35,905 bases of DNA, taken from a virus. Shown piece after piece: positions 1-10,445 of this stretch; position 1 is the stretch's first letter; each line of letters begins with the position of its first letter. A program made the translations under genes and the position numbers. The DNA is taken from the UHGV virus genome UHGV-0095987. One strand, written 5' to 3'. The notes below the pieces were generated by a model. That model did no database searches, had not been told where the DNA came from, and worked only from the letters and a program-made list of their open reading frames with translations.

Positions 1-6
1 CAAATG

Positions 7-33
7 AAACAGCAGTATTAATTACTGCTTTTT
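7..33 (-). terminator. Putative rho-independent terminator downstream of mom
   Basis: Inverted repeat agcagta / tactgct (7-bp stem, loop ttaat) flanked by T-rich sequence on both strands, immediately after the mom stop codon. Confidence 0.4.
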
Positions 34-49
34 ATTCATTGCATGGGGA

Positions 50-775
50 TCACTTAGGGTATGGCTGAACCCTGAATAGTTTGGTATTTAGCCGCTTCCT
101 TGCTCGCTTGTTCAGGAATCTGATGTAGCGATACTGATTAAATTTGTGCACCACGGCACGCTCTTTATTAGCCCGTAAATACACGCCTCGTTGTCCACCG
201 CGTTTAATCGCGTTCATCGTTATCTCGTGATACCACTCACCATCCAGCTCGTAGAACGTGCTTTCATGGCTGCCAATAAAATCAAAATTTGACGCCTGAT
301 ACACAACGCCAGCACGTCCGCAGCGTTCGTCTGCAAAAGACTGAACCCACTCCACTGACGGATACAGTAACCTTATGGTTTTCAGTGCATAACTGATGGC
401 CCGTGATTCAGAGTTGCGGGGCATGTCGTCGTGTAGCCACATGCGGTTCAACTCCATATAGCCCCGGTTATCCGTTTCAAGCACGACACGACGACCTGAG
501 TTGGGGTTAAGGGCATATCCCCACTGGAGAACGCCAACCAGATCGCGTCCGCTGAATACTCCCAGGTGGAGGTAAGAGTTATTCACAAAACGGCGGGAAT
601 AGTGCTTTGTCTGAATAATTGTGCGGGCCAGCCAGCAGGATATGGTTTCAACGCGCAGCTCCTTTGAACCATAGCCAACAATCTGGCCTTCATACTCAAT
701 AACGCACGGTTTCGTCAGAATGCGTGATTTTTTCTCTTTTCCCACAATGTTTCTCCGTGGGATGCTCGCAGGCAT
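50..775 (-). CDS. mom: Mom DNA-modification protein (adenine modification, anti-restriction)
   Basis: 241-aa ORF at the right-end position after com, with ATG start; 5' end overlaps the com 3' end as in Mu. True start could be slightly internal. Confidence 0.85.
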   Translation of the reverse strand: MPASIPRRNIVGKEKKSRILTKPCVIEYEGQIVGYGSKELRVETISCWLARTIIQTKHYSRRFVNNSYLHLGVFSGRDLVGVLQWGYALNPNSGRRVVLETDNRGYMELNRMWLHDDMPRNSESRAISYALKTIRLLYPSVEWVQSFADERCGRAGVVYQASNFDFIGSHESTFYELDGEWYHEITMNAIKRGGQRGVYLRANKERAVVHKFNQYRYIRFLNKRARKRLNTKLFRVQPYPK

Positions 776-884
776 TCAGCATTATGATGTGACGTTTGCA
801 ACGCGGACACCTGATTTCAATGTGATCAAAGGAATCCGCCTTAAATAACAGTTTGTTGCAGTTTTTACAGCGAATTGATTTCAT
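696..884 (-). CDS. com: Com zinc-finger translational activator of mom
   Basis: 62-aa [14 protein letters not shown]... with CxxC...CxxC zinc-finger motifs; AGGAGG ribosome-binding site 6 nt upstream; overlaps mom start. Confidence 0.9.
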   Translation of the reverse strand: MKSIRCKNCNKLLFKADSFDHIEIRCPRCKRHIIMLNACEHPTEKHCGKREKITHSDETVRY

Positions 885-958
885 CTCACCTCCTTTGCAT
901 CAATTCGCCACTATCTTAAAAAACATCATGGGTTGAGTGTGGTTATTGAGACATAATC
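885..958 (-). promoter_or_regulatory. Pmom late promoter with C-activator binding site
   Basis: Minus strand reads gattatgtctcaataaccacactcaacccatgatgttttttaagatagtgg upstream of the com RBS: T6 run followed by TAAGAT -10-like hexamer, no good -35. The same T-run/-10 architecture recurs upstream of lys and I. Confidence 0.7.
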
Positions 959-993
959 GATCTGTATTACCGATCGATTTGATTTATTCGATC
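959..993. promoter_or_regulatory. Cluster of three Dam GATC sites upstream of Pmom (methylation-sensitive OxyR control region)
   Basis: GATC at about 959-962, 972-975 and 990-993 within 35 bp, overlapping the gin stop codon. The position matches the known Dam-dependent mom regulatory region of Mu. Confidence 0.65.
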
Positions 994-1560
994 GTCGTTT
1001 TCTATATGCGTTCGTTTCGCGGGGTGTTTTTTATACAGAGTTGACAGGGCCACATCGTAGATCAATGCAACCTGCTTGCGGGGGATTCCTTGTGCTAATA
1101 AACGCCCGGCCTGCTCCCATTCCGCTTTGGTTAGTTTAGGTGGTCGCCCACCAATACGGCCTTTATTTCTGGCGGCAGCAAGTCCAGCCATCGTTCGCTC
1201 GATAATTAGTTCTCGTTCCATTTCAGCCAGGGCACCCATAACGTGGAAGAAAAAACGCCCCATTGGAGATGACGTATCAATACTGTCAGTAAGACTGCGA
1301 AAATTAATCCCTCGCTCTCGTAATTCCCCTACGAGAGAAATCAAATGTTTCATGCTTCGCCCGAGGCGATCCAGTTTCCAGACAACCAGTGTGTCACCTT
1401 TTTGAAGGCGCTTTAAAGCGCGTTTTAATCCCGGTCGGTCTGTCCTTGTTCCGCTTAATTTATCTTCAAATATTTGTTCACATCCTGCACAAACAAGAGC
1501 GTTTCGTTGCAGGTCTGTATTCTGGTCATTTGTTGATACCCTTACATAGCCAATCAGCAC
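967..1560 (-). CDS. gin: Gin serine invertase (G-segment DNA invertase)
   Basis: Protein ...LIGYVRVSTNDQNTDLQRNALVCAGCEQIFEDKLSGTRTDRPGLKRAL... is a serine recombinase with catalytic Ser in the YVRVST motif. ORF track extends to a TTG at 1587; a GTG at 1558-1560 preceded by AGGAG is the likelier start. Confidence 0.9.
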   Translation of the reverse strand: MLIGYVRVSTNDQNTDLQRNALVCAGCEQIFEDKLSGTRTDRPGLKRALKRLQKGDTLVVWKLDRLGRSMKHLISLVGELRERGINFRSLTDSIDTSSPMGRFFFHVMGALAEMERELIIERTMAGLAAARNKGRIGGRPPKLTKAEWEQAGRLLAQGIPRKQVALIYDVALSTLYKKHPAKRTHIENDDRINQIDR

Positions 1561-1614
1561 TCTGGATCTCCTGTTTAAAAGCGCCAATCATGCCATGCGT
1601 GCCAAAATCGACCA

Positions 1615-1655
1615 TTATCCAAAACCTCGGTTTGCAGGAAACGATAAATCAGGCT
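1615..1655. repeat. gix left inverted repeat (Gin recombination site)
   Basis: ttatccaaaacctcggtttgcaggaaacgataaatcaggct; reverse complement found at 4661-4701 with 3 mismatches over about 41 bp. Confidence 0.85.
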
Positions 1656-2576
1656 TCAGGCGCATTGCAGAAAAACCAGAACGGCGCAGATATTCCAAAC
1701 AAAGATAAATTTACGCAAACAATAGGTGCTTGCCGCTCTTTTCATGGTGCTATTAGCACAGGTGCAGGAAACTGGACGACGGCACAATTGATTGAATGGC
1801 TGGATTCTCAAGGGGCATTCAATCACCCATACTGGATGTGCAAATGTTCATGGTCATACGGCAATAATAAAATTATTACCGATACTGGCTGTGGAACTAT
1901 TCATCTTGCAGGTTGCGTTATTGAGGTTATGGGTAATAAAGGTGCCATGACCATCCGTGTAACAACACCAAGCACTTCCAGCGGTGGCGGAATCACTAAC
2001 GCTCAATTCACTTATATTAATCATGGTGATGCTTACGCTCCTGGCTGGCGACGAGACTACAACACGAAAAACCTGCAACCTGCATTTGCTTTAGGGCAGA
2101 CAGGAAACAGGGTTGCAAATGATAAAGCTGTTGGCTGGAACTGGAATAGCGGTGTTTATGATGCAGACCTAAAAGGCGCATCAACATTAATTCTTCATTT
2201 CAATATGAACGCGGGTAGCTGCCCGGCTGTACAATTACGCGTGAATTATAAGAACGGCGGTATTTATTATCGTTCAGCGCGAGATGGTTATGGATTTGAG
2301 GCTGACTGGTCAGAGTTTTATACCACAACCCGCAAACCCTCTGCGGGAGATGTTGGTGCATATACCAAAGCTGAATCGGATTCTCGCTATGTACGAGATA
2401 TTCGCCTGGGCACTCGTGTTGTTCAGACCATGCAAAAAGGCGTGATGTATGAGAAATCAGGTCATGTAATTACAGGGCTTGGCATTATTGGCTCTGTTGA
2501 TGGCGATGATCCGGCTGTATTCAGACCAATACAAAAATACATCAATGGCACATGGTATAACGTGGCGCAGGTGTAA
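1617..2576 (+). CDS. S': S' tail-fibre variable segment (silent in this G orientation; would fuse to the S constant part after inversion)
   Basis: ORF in frame through the gix repeat. Shares the IQNLGLQET...NGADIPNK junction motif and the C-terminal [12 protein letters not shown] motif with S; the central part differs. Confidence 0.75.
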   Translation: MQNLGLQETINQASGALQKNQNGADIPNKDKFTQTIGACRSFHGAISTGAGNWTTAQLIEWLDSQGAFNHPYWMCKCSWSYGNNKIITDTGCGTIHLAGCVIEVMGNKGAMTIRVTTPSTSSGGGITNAQFTYINHGDAYAPGWRRDYNTKNLQPAFALGQTGNRVANDKAVGWNWNSGVYDADLKGASTLILHFNMNAGSCPAVQLRVNYKNGGIYYRSARDGYGFEADWSEFYTTTRKPSAGDVGAYTKAESDSRYVRDIRLGTRVVQTMQKGVMYEKSGHVITGLGIIGSVDGDDPAVFRPIQKYINGTWYNVAQV

Positions 2577-2579
2577 CTT

Positions 2580-3113
2580 ATGCAGCATTTAAAAAACATT
2601 GTCGCAGGTAATCCAAAAACCGTTGAACAATATCAGCTAACAAAGAATTTTAATGTTATCTGGTTATGGTCTGAAGACGGAAAAAACTGGTATGAGGAAG
2701 TGAAAAACTTTCAGGAAGATACAATAAAGCTAGCTTACACAGCAGAGGGAGTTATTGTTGCTATTGATAAGGATGTATCGGCAATTAATCCAGAAGGTTT
2801 AAGCGTTGTTGAGTTGCCTGATATAACAGCCAATAGATGGGCTGATATTTCGGGTAACTGGATGTTCAAAGATGGCGCGGTGATAAAGCGAACTTATACC
2901 GAGGAGGAACAGAGGCAGCAGGCAGAGAATGAAAAGCAAAGCCTGTTGCAACTTGTCAGGGATAAAACCCAGCTATGGGACTCACAGCTACGGCTGGGTA
3001 TCATTTCCGACGAGAATAAACAAAAATTAACCGAGTGGATGCTCTATGCGCAGAAAGTCGAATCTACAGACACTTCCAGCTTGCCAGTAACGTTTCCCGA
3101 ACAACCAGAATGA
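2580..3113 (+). CDS. U': U' tail-fibre assembly protein (alternative partner of S')
   Basis: 177-aa ORF; first about 50 aa near-identical to U ([24 protein letters not shown]... vs [24 protein letters not shown]...). Confidence 0.8.
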   Translation: MQHLKNIVAGNPKTVEQYQLTKNFNVIWLWSEDGKNWYEEVKNFQEDTIKLAYTAEGVIVAIDKDVSAINPEGLSVVELPDITANRWADISGNWMFKDGAVIKRTYTEEEQRQQAENEKQSLLQLVRDKTQLWDSQLRLGIISDENKQKLTEWMLYAQKVESTDTSSLPVTFPEQPE

Positions 3114-3116
3114 GAG

Positions 3117-3143
3117 AAGGCCCGATATCGGGCCTTAATTTTT
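3117..3143. terminator. Bidirectional hairpin terminator between the convergent U' and U genes
   Basis: Perfect palindrome aaggcccgatatcgggcctt followed by aattttt, in the 28-bp gap between the two convergent stop codons. Confidence 0.6.
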
Positions 3144-3669
3144 ACTCAGGCTTTTGTGGCCATTCGGGCTTTGCCGTATCCACACGGCTGACCATAACAC
3201 TGTAGCGTTCCCATGCTTCCAGTCGGCTACGCTCCTCATCCGTCGCCATATTCAGCCTGACAGCGCGCTCCAGTGGCTGAATAACGCTTTCCGCTTCGGA
3301 AAGTAATGCGGCCTTTTGTGATTCGGCCTGTTGCTGCTGCTCGTCTGCCGTATAAATCCGTTTAACTACAGCTCCGTCCTTAAACATCCACTTACCGGAA
3401 TCATCGGCCCGACGATTGGCTGTTATATCGGGGACCTCAACGACGTTAAAACCTTCAGGGTTAAGCGTGGAGGCATCTTTAGTTATGGCAACAATAATAT
3501 TATGTTCATCGTAAACAATCTTTATTGTGTCTTCCTGAAAATTCTTTACCTCTTCATACCAGTTTTTTCCGTCTTCGGACCACAACCAGATAACGTCAAA
3601 ATTCTTTGTTAATTCGTACTGTTCCAGTGTTTTAGCGTTACCCGCTTTAATGTTCTTTAAGTGCATCAT
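3142..3669 (-). CDS. U: U tail-fibre assembly protein
   Basis: 175-aa ORF immediately downstream of S on the minus strand; N-terminal homology to U'. Confidence 0.85.
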   Translation of the reverse strand: MMHLKNIKAGNAKTLEQYELTKNFDVIWLWSEDGKNWYEEVKNFQEDTIKIVYDEHNIIVAITKDASTLNPEGFNVVEVPDITANRRADDSGKWMFKDGAVVKRIYTADEQQQQAESQKAALLSEAESVIQPLERAVRLNMATDEERSRLEAWERYSVMVSRVDTAKPEWPQKPE

Positions 3670-3670
3670 A

Positions 3671-5197
3671 TTAAACGCTCGCTACATTATACCAGGTGCC
3701 ATTTATATACTTTTGAACTGGTCTGTAATAAACGCCAGCTATATTATCGGCAGAGTTGGAACCTGTATCCTGAACATTAATACCAGACAACACATGACCT
3801 GAAGGGCACTGGAAATTCCATGTTTGCCAGTTGTTCACTCCATAATATTGCTGTGAACCAAGTCGAACATCTTTCACATATCTGGAATCAAAATTGCCAT
3901 AGTTGCCGGGAATAACTTGCGAGCCGCAAAGCCAGTTCCCGTTATTATCCATGTACGCCTGACCATCGGTGCCATTGGCTGTCCTTGAGTTATTAATCAT
4001 GTAGATGCCAAATTGCTTGTTCCCCAGTCCACCTATCATGAACTTTCGGTCGGCGTGATTCTGGCGAAGCAACGCCTGAGCGCTATCAGTGTTAACTATA
4101 TTTTTCCCAAAGATAGCGTTGTTATCGCGCATCTGAATCCACATACCATTACTGCTGTTAATAGCAAAACGGTCTGAAAGTGTCTCCCCTGAAACATTAA
4201 GTCCACGCCCCATCGAAACAGCGCCAGTAGCGTTATTAATCCATAATGGCCTTAATCCGTTATAAGTCCCCATGTTGTCACCGGAGTTTGTCAACATGAA
4301 GTATGTATTTGAACCATCATTACGAATAAAGAATCCGTAATTACCATAAGCAATACGTAGGCCGTTTGCTGATTTTGATATGACTTCGCCATTTACAATG
4401 GCATTGACAAGAACATACAAAGCATCCCATTTAAGATTCATCAGGTCTTTTGTTGTGGTGCTTTGTTTGCTTCTCCATTTGAAATATTCATTGCCGTTGT
4501 CGCCTGTTTCAAACCACATGTATGAATCAGTATCGCTGTCGGCATCATTTTTAAAACCAATTTTTGCCCAGTCAGTATTTCGAATCCAGGCAAGAATTGA
4601 GTCGTTTTCAAAAGTAAGTCCGCCGGACAAGGTATCGCCTGTCTTTTGAACGGCATTACCAGCCTTGTTTACCGTTTCCTGTAAACCGAGGTTTTGGATA
4701 AACAGCGGCTTATTGGGAATATCTGCTCCGTTCCGGTCTTTTGCCAGACGGGCATTGGCATTATCCATTGCAATTTTCACCGCTTTTGCGGTGGCTGCCA
4801 GCGTTTCACTGGGGCTGTCAGTGGCACTGGTTAGCTGAACGAGTCCTTTCTTGTTCAGGCTGGCATCATTAATATCCAGATTTTCACGTGCTGTACGCTG
4901 TGCTGATGTCCCGGCAGTTTTAATTTCGCTGAGGTTATTTTTTATCAGCAGCGCATTCTTGTTCATGATGGCTTTAATGGACAGTGCAAGCTGGTTTAAT
5001 TTTGTTTTATCCGGTTGAATACCGGCTTCTTCCAGCGTGTTTAATAACTCCGCCTGCACAATATTAAACCAGTCCATGCCGGGCCATGTGATAACATTAT
5101 TCCCGTCACCTTCTGAAAACCAGCGAACGATAGCACTACGCTGGGCGGATACGGGCGGCATGACGGTTACGCCGCTGTCGTTATCAATATAAAACAT
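3671..5197 (-). CDS. S: S tail-fibre protein (constant part 4702-5197 outside G, variable part 3671-4701 inside G)
   Basis: 508-aa ORF spanning the right gix repeat; C-terminal motif [14 protein letters not shown] shared with S'. Confidence 0.85.
   Translation of the reverse strand: MFYIDNDSGVTVMPPVSAQRSAIVRWFSEGDGNNVITWPGMDWFNIVQAELLNTLEEAGIQPDKTKLNQLALSIKAIMNKNALLIKNNLSEIKTAGTSAQRTARENLDINDASLNKKGLVQLTSATDSPSETLAATAKAVKIAMDNANARLAKDRNGADIPNKPLFIQNLGLQETVNKAGNAVQKTGDTLSGGLTFENDSILAWIRNTDWAKIGFKNDADSDTDSYMWFETGDNGNEYFKWRSKQSTTTKDLMNLKWDALYVLVNAIVNGEVISKSANGLRIAYGNYGFFIRNDGSNTYFMLTNSGDNMGTYNGLRPLWINNATGAVSMGRGLNVSGETLSDRFAINSSNGMWIQMRDNNAIFGKNIVNTDSAQALLRQNHADRKFMIGGLGNKQFGIYMINNSRTANGTDGQAYMDNNGNWLCGSQVIPGNYGNFDSRYVKDVRLGSQQYYGVNNWQTWNFQCPSGHVLSGINVQDTGSNSADNIAGVYYRPVQKYINGTWYNVASV
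4661..4701. repeat. gix right inverted repeat
   Basis: Reverse complement of 1615-1655; core ttcctgtaaaccgaggttttggataa. Confidence 0.85.
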
Positions 5198-5739
5198 TAG
5201 TTATCTCCGTCATGGTAAACAAATTTATAAATCTGATGCGCGGGTTTATATTTCTCCAGTAAACACTCCAGCGCACCCGATTCATAAACACGTAACGGCG
5301 TCAGAACATTATCCAGCACCGTTGCGTTGCGATAATTTTTAATACCGTAAATATTGACCTGCGTAACCCACTGGCCTTCTGTGGAATCCGTCAGCCTGAC
5401 GGTAAAACCGTACTGCGCAGCCAGCCATTCATAAAAGCGCCGACTCAGATTGCCGGTCATACGCATTTTATTCGCGGCAGCCCGCTGGCGTTCGGACAGG
5501 GTGCCGTTTTCGCTTGTACAGTCCGGCAACCCCAGAAATGATTCCCACTCCCCCAGATACCAGCGGGATGTGGACGGGAAACGCTCCCGCAGCATTTGCC
5601 GCGCATCATCCGCCGCAGTGGCAATCACGTCACTGATGGCCTGCGCCAGCGCAGATAATTTGCTGTCGGGGCTTTTATTCCAGGCAAGCCCTGACGGCAG
5701 TAATTGCAGAAAGGCCGTCTGATAGGGTGTTACAGCCAT
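5197..5739 (-). CDS. R: Baseplate/tail protein (Mu gp48-like, P2 gpI-like), assigned by gene order
   Basis: 180-aa ORF between the baseplate J-like gene and the tail-fibre gene; start/stop overlaps with neighbours typical of a translationally coupled operon. Confidence 0.55.
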   Translation of the reverse strand: MAVTPYQTAFLQLLPSGLAWNKSPDSKLSALAQAISDVIATAADDARQMLRERFPSTSRWYLGEWESFLGLPDCTSENGTLSERQRAAANKMRMTGNLSRRFYEWLAAQYGFTVRLTDSTEGQWVTQVNIYGIKNYRNATVLDNVLTPLRVYESGALECLLEKYKPAHQIYKFVYHDGDN

Positions 5740-6812
5740 TCAATTGTCCCCGGTGTTAACAGTTCCGTATTCTCCGAACGCTGGATCTCTGTCGGGAAAC
5801 GCACTTCAAAATCATCCAGACCGGTAACACCTGCCACCGCACGGATAATACGGGAGGGGGCAAGTGCGCCGCCCGGCGTCACCTCATTAAAAAACATGGT
5901 ATTAATGGCGTGGGTAATAGCCTGTTTCAGTTCGGCTGTCTTCGGTGATATATAAATCCGTGGATTTACCGGCTTTGCCTTTGGCGCAAATACAGTGACA
6001 TTTACACCGTCAGGCTGTCCGACAATCAGACCGGTGATCGGGTCAGTATGACCGGCGATATAATCCGCCACGCGTTCCACGTCTGCCGGTTGTGGAAAAA
6101 TATTGCTCCGGTTATCCATAACAAACGTCACCCCGACTGTGCCACCGCCTTTCCATGTCGGAAAACACCAGGCACGGGTAACGCCGCTGACTTCACGTGC
6201 CCAGCGAACGTAATCAAACTGATTACCGCCGAACGGAGGGTACTGGACACGATATTCCAGCCGTGACAGCAGTTCCGCTGCACTCTCAATATCAGCTCCA
6301 CCGGAAAACCCTTTTACAGTGATGGCATCGGAAACAACACAGGCAACCGGGGTGATCAACGTTAAAAGGGTATTCTCACCGGTATTTCCTGCTTCACCGG
6401 CAGCCAGTGCGGTAACGGTAATTTCCGTCGTTCCTGCACGGTCAATCACAATGGCATCAGCCAGGCTGTAAACCACACCATCAGCACGCTGCCAGCGTGT
6501 ACCGGCAGGAATGGTGGTCGCTGCCGATGTGGTGACAGTCAGCGGGCCGCTGGCGGCTGTCGCCTGTTTGCGGCGCACGCCCCAGAACCGGCAGTGCTCC
6601 AGCAACTCATCTTCATCTGCTGTCGACGGGATAATCTGCCGTCCAACCCATGAAATATGCTCGTGACAACCGGCAGCAAGCCCTGCCTGGGCGTAAGCAA
6701 TGGCACTCAGCGTTTTTTCACGGGCCTGAGGCCAGCTACCCGGCAGGCGCTGTTCAATATTCTGTTCTGTACGGGCAATCAGCGATGATAATGTCGGTGG
6801 TGAATAAGCCAT
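5730..6812 (-). CDS. W: Baseplate wedge protein, P2 gpJ-like (Mu gp47-like)
   Basis: 360-aa ORF in the baseplate block; size and position as in Mu-like tails. Confidence 0.65.
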   Translation of the reverse strand: MAYSPPTLSSLIARTEQNIEQRLPGSWPQAREKTLSAIAYAQAGLAAGCHEHISWVGRQIIPSTADEDELLEHCRFWGVRRKQATAASGPLTVTTSAATTIPAGTRWQRADGVVYSLADAIVIDRAGTTEITVTALAAGEAGNTGENTLLTLITPVACVVSDAITVKGFSGGADIESAAELLSRLEYRVQYPPFGGNQFDYVRWAREVSGVTRAWCFPTWKGGGTVGVTFVMDNRSNIFPQPADVERVADYIAGHTDPITGLIVGQPDGVNVTVFAPKAKPVNPRIYISPKTAELKQAITHAINTMFFNEVTPGGALAPSRIIRAVAGVTGLDDFEVRFPTEIQRSENTELLTPGTIEWL

Positions 6813-7250
6813 TTAAACCCCGTTAAATGCTGCTTTAAACTCATAAGGAATAACGGAACCATCCGGTAATGTCAGTGCAATGTAGAGGTATAACCAGCCC
6901 TGATGTAACTGTTCCGCTCTGACGTTAACCGCACTTACCCGGCCTGCTGTTTTCAGCCATTCCAGCGCCTCTTCGGCATACCCTCTGGCACGTTCCAGCG
7001 TATCCTGTGTGGCTTTTTCACGTGATAACAGCCACAACCGCGAACCAATGGGGCGGTCGCGGTAACTGTCACCCCACCATCCACGGCGATCATCTGAACC
7101 ATCCGGCAGCGTGTCAGAATCCAGCGCGCGCCGGTCGGTAAACAGGGAGATTGTCACATCGGTTGTCAGGCTGTCGTCGGTCAGCATATCAATGCCATCC
7201 TGTGCAATATCGCCGCGTCCGTTCGTCCAGATAATGGCTAAATCGGTCAT
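6813..7250 (-). CDS. V: Baseplate wedge protein, P2 gpW / T4 gp25-like (Mu gp46-like)
   Basis: 145-aa ORF preceding the gpJ-like gene; typical gpW-J pair arrangement. Confidence 0.6.
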   Translation of the reverse strand: MTDLAIIWTNGRGDIAQDGIDMLTDDSLTTDVTISLFTDRRALDSDTLPDGSDDRRGWWGDSYRDRPIGSRLWLLSREKATQDTLERARGYAEEALEWLKTAGRVSAVNVRAEQLHQGWLYLYIALTLPDGSVIPYEFKAAFNGV

Positions 7251-7840
7251 TGCATTGGCCCCGTGGTTCCGCCGCTGTCGCCACGGTGGATATGCTTATC
7301 CGTCGATTTGCCATTGATGATGGCATCCGGGGCAGTAATATTGCTGTCGAACTGGCTTTTACCTTTAACGCCCAGACCTTTCTGGATCTCAACGTCGCCG
7401 GTAAACGTGGTTCTGGGTGTGTCAACGGTCATACTTTCATCAGCGTAAATCTCAACCGTTTTACAGGTAATGATGCAGCGCCCGTCCTTTGTCAGCCTGA
7501 TACGATGTCCCTCGTGGTGGTAAATGCCTGCATCACCCGGTTCAAGATTTGTCGGGCGGTAGCGGCGGTCTTCCACCACAACGGCAATCCCCTGATCACG
7601 TTGTGCGCCCACACAGGCAATCAGCGCCTCTGCGCCCGGCAAGGGAACGCTGAAATGCCCGTAATTTTGCAGGCGCTCCACTTCATCAGATTCCTCATCA
7701 TCCAGCAGACCAACCTGCAGGTTCTGAACCTTTCGCCCGTCGTTAATCACGTTAACAACGGCACGCGCAAGCATCAGACGCACACGACGCATCAGCGGTG
7801 TCAGCAGGCGGTTCATGGCGGAATCATTTACTCTTTCCAC
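7247..7840 (-). CDS. Q: Baseplate central spike protein (Mu gp45-like)
   Basis: 197-aa ORF after the hub gene; size and position match the Mu central spike. Confidence 0.65.
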   Translation of the reverse strand: MERVNDSAMNRLLTPLMRRVRLMLARAVVNVINDGRKVQNLQVGLLDDEESDEVERLQNYGHFSVPLPGAEALIACVGAQRDQGIAVVVEDRRYRPTNLEPGDAGIYHHEGHRIRLTKDGRCIITCKTVEIYADESMTVDTPRTTFTGDVEIQKGLGVKGKSQFDSNITAPDAIINGKSTDKHIHRGDSGGTTGPMQ

Positions 7841-8961
7841 GGCGGCGTTTTCTCCGGGTGTCTGCGATAATAATCTTCAACCAGCGCATCAATACCGCCG
7901 TTACTGTCACCTTTGTTTTTACGGTCGCTTTCAACCGGCACCAGAAAGCCTTCGCGTGGTGAAAGGCTGACGCGAGTTTTCAGCCCGTCCTGGTCATTCA
8001 GTATCAGGTTGACTTTGCTGACCAGTAATTCCGTGGTTTTGATGGCATATTTCGAGGCATCAATAGTGACCAGCAGGTTTGGCATCCAGAGTTGCCCGTC
8101 CTTGCGTGTCCATCCGTCAATGTCTGCCTCAAAGGTGATGGATTTTGCCAGTCTGCGGCGTTGCTCACGCAGGGCGCGGGCCTGTGCATCCTTCGCCGTA
8201 ATTTTGCTGTCAGCAATGATGATCATCGGTCTGTAACGGGTCACATCACTGTCAGTGGCGGTCCCTTTCCGGGAGACGATACTTTTCGCATCAATATCAT
8301 CACCCTCAGCACCGTTTGCGCGGGCATACCCCTTGACGGTGTATTCGCTGAACCGGTCGCGGAAGTCTTCCTCAAAATCCAGTGTCAGCAGATTTTCTCC
8401 GAGAACCAGCTCATCAGTGGCTGTGCTGGCAGCCCGGCTGAATACCAGCTCTCCTGCGGCATTGCTGGTCATCAGTACACCGCGTGCGCGGGAGGCACGC
8501 ACCAGCGCCTCATAAACGGTTTCTGAATGGTCCAGCGTGAAGCCGGGAAAAACTGCCGAACTTTCCTTATCGGAAAGCTCCCAGCGAACGGTAACGCCAT
8601 AAGGAGCGCACAGGTCACGCGCAATCTGTTCCAGTGTGCGGTTTTTCCACTGCCCGCCACTGTAAACGGCTGCACAGTCAATCAGGTCAGCCGTTTTGTC
8701 ACGTCCGGCGACAGTGATTTTCATACTGTCAGCGGTCATCTGGCGTCGCCGTGAATCGATATAACCGGTGCAGACAATCTGCCCCCCGATTTCCAGCGTG
8801 AACGCCTTCCCCGGTGCCAAACCGGATAAATCCGTACCCGGTGGCACGTTCACCCCCAGCTCAAAATATCCGGCTACGGATTCAATGGAGCGGGTGACAG
8901 AGACTGACGTCCAGCCGGTAAAAAGCCTGCCATCCGTTCGCAGCGTGACGGTATTACTCAT
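7828..8961 (-). CDS. P: Baseplate hub protein (Mu gp44-like)
   Basis: 377-aa ORF following the N gene; size and position match the Mu baseplate hub. Confidence 0.65.
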   Translation of the reverse strand: MSNTVTLRTDGRLFTGWTSVSVTRSIESVAGYFELGVNVPPGTDLSGLAPGKAFTLEIGGQIVCTGYIDSRRRQMTADSMKITVAGRDKTADLIDCAAVYSGGQWKNRTLEQIARDLCAPYGVTVRWELSDKESSAVFPGFTLDHSETVYEALVRASRARGVLMTSNAAGELVFSRAASTATDELVLGENLLTLDFEEDFRDRFSEYTVKGYARANGAEGDDIDAKSIVSRKGTATDSDVTRYRPMIIIADSKITAKDAQARALREQRRRLAKSITFEADIDGWTRKDGQLWMPNLLVTIDASKYAIKTTELLVSKVNLILNDQDGLKTRVSLSPREGFLVPVESDRKNKGDSNGGIDALVEDYYRRHPEKTPPWKE

Positions 8962-10441
8962 TAATCACCTCAATACTGACACCACCGGGAACAAACAACG
9001 GGTTGCTGATACCGTTCCTGCGGGCCAGCCGTTGCCAGTTCCGGCTGTTTCCTGTGTAACGGTACAGAGCCACCATTGCAGGCATCGTCTCCGGCAGGCG
9101 GTGCGTTTCACTGCCCGCCAGTTGCAGCCCGCGTTTTTCCAGGTCGGCAACAACCAGCAGACGCAGTTGCGTAAGCTGAACGCTGTCTGTCGAAAAGCCC
9201 TGCTCAGATGCCGTCAGAATGACGGTATCCAGTGCAGCCCCCAGCATGGCGGCTGTTTTTCCGATATCGGACACACTTTCAAATACCGGGGGCGTGGCTG
9301 TACCACTGTCTGAAAAGGATACCTGTGAAAAGCCGCCGTCCGGGGTTATGGCAGTTAACTGTAACTGTCCCTGTGTGACGGTAGCAGATGTGCTGCTGGC
9401 CCCGCTGGCTGTGCCGGTTGTGGTGGACGGGGCATCCAGTACAGGTGCACGGGCGGCATTATCCATCCGGCGACTGAAATCCAGTGCCGCAGTCAGTGCT
9501 TGGCTGGCAGCTTCTGCCCGGTATGTCTGCGCCGCTGCCAGCATGACGTAGTTCAGTGTGGCAATATTTTTTTCTGCAACCGGACTGTTGTACGAGGTTG
9601 TGATTGTCCCCTGTCTGCCTGCGGTGGCGGCATGGCGACGTTCGAATCGCTGCGCCAGACGGTTCCATGTGGAAAATGCTGTCCGGGTATCGCATAACGA
9701 TGAAACGCCGGACAGCGCCCCCATCAGCGAGGAGGCCAGCATGGCAGGCTGGTTAATCAGGCTGGTCACAGAGCCTTTCATCGCAGAAAGCGATCCCATC
9801 AGACCGCTGACAGTCTGCGTAACCCCCAGATTGTCCACCGCATCACTGATATCATCGATGACACCGGTTACAGCTTCCATCACGGCGGTTGCCGCCGCAG
9901 TGCCATCTTTTACGGTCTGCCAGACAGAGGACAGCGTATCTCCCAGAGAACCGGTTACAGCAACGGCCTGTGCCGGTACGGCTGCACTGGTGTCTGTCTC
10001 TGCGTCCGGGGCAGTATCCTGCAACGACGGATAAACGGTAACGGCGAACGCGTAATAATTCAGTTCATCCGCTTTAGTGCGGCATTCCCATGAATCCACC
10101 ATGACGTCCACAGTGCCGAAATCAGGATGTACCAGCTCACCGCTACCCGGAGCATCAAGAGCATCCATCAGCGCACCCGCTTCATCTCTGGCTGTTTCTG
10201 CGTTGCTGTTCAGAATGCAGGCGCTGAATGTACGGGAGCGAAGCTTTTTCCCCAGGTCATTGACGCCGCCGGTATCACGTAACGGGTACTCGCGTTTAAC
10301 CAGGCGACGTCCGCCAGCCTGTTTTTGCTCCTCGATGACGAGAAACGGCACGTTACGGAACGTGCCTTTGCCGGTTGTTTTCTTACCACCGCTGATTTTA
10401 TCCCGGACAGCATTAACGGCATTTAAAGCATCTTCAAACAT
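8954..10441 (-). CDS. N: DNA circularisation / tail protein N (Mu gp43-like)
   Basis: 495-aa ORF directly downstream of the tape-measure gene. Confidence 0.65.
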   Translation of the reverse strand: MFEDALNAVNAVRDKISGGKKTTGKGTFRNVPFLVIEEQKQAGGRRLVKREYPLRDTGGVNDLGKKLRSRTFSACILNSNAETARDEAGALMDALDAPGSGELVHPDFGTVDVMVDSWECRTKADELNYYAFAVTVYPSLQDTAPDAETDTSAAVPAQAVAVTGSLGDTLSSVWQTVKDGTAAATAVMEAVTGVIDDISDAVDNLGVTQTVSGLMGSLSAMKGSVTSLINQPAMLASSLMGALSGVSSLCDTRTAFSTWNRLAQRFERRHAATAGRQGTITTSYNSPVAEKNIATLNYVMLAAAQTYRAEAASQALTAALDFSRRMDNAARAPVLDAPSTTTGTASGASSTSATVTQGQLQLTAITPDGGFSQVSFSDSGTATPPVFESVSDIGKTAAMLGAALDTVILTASEQGFSTDSVQLTQLRLLVVADLEKRGLQLAGSETHRLPETMPAMVALYRYTGNSRNWQRLARRNGISNPLFVPGGVSIEVINE

Positions 10442-10445
10442 GGTT

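Larger units (their letters stand above)
1615..4701. other. Invertible G segment (about 3.09 kb), in the orientation that expresses S-U
   Basis: Bounded by inverted repeats at 1615-1655 and 4661-4701. The S constant part outside the segment is in frame with the S variable part on the minus strand; S' and U' sit on the plus strand without an upstream promoter or constant part. Confidence 0.85.

Noticed and set aside
1389-1614. 5' extension of the S' reading frame across the gix site into the gin region
   Set aside because: The frame stays open only by chance upstream of the inversion site and runs antisense through the gin 5' end; S' gains its real N-terminus from the S constant part only after inversion.
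8960-9300. Search for the fourth C-dependent late promoter (PP) near the start of gene P
   Set aside because: No T6-run/-10 motif like those at Pmom, Plys and PI was found, so I cannot place PP from sequence alone.
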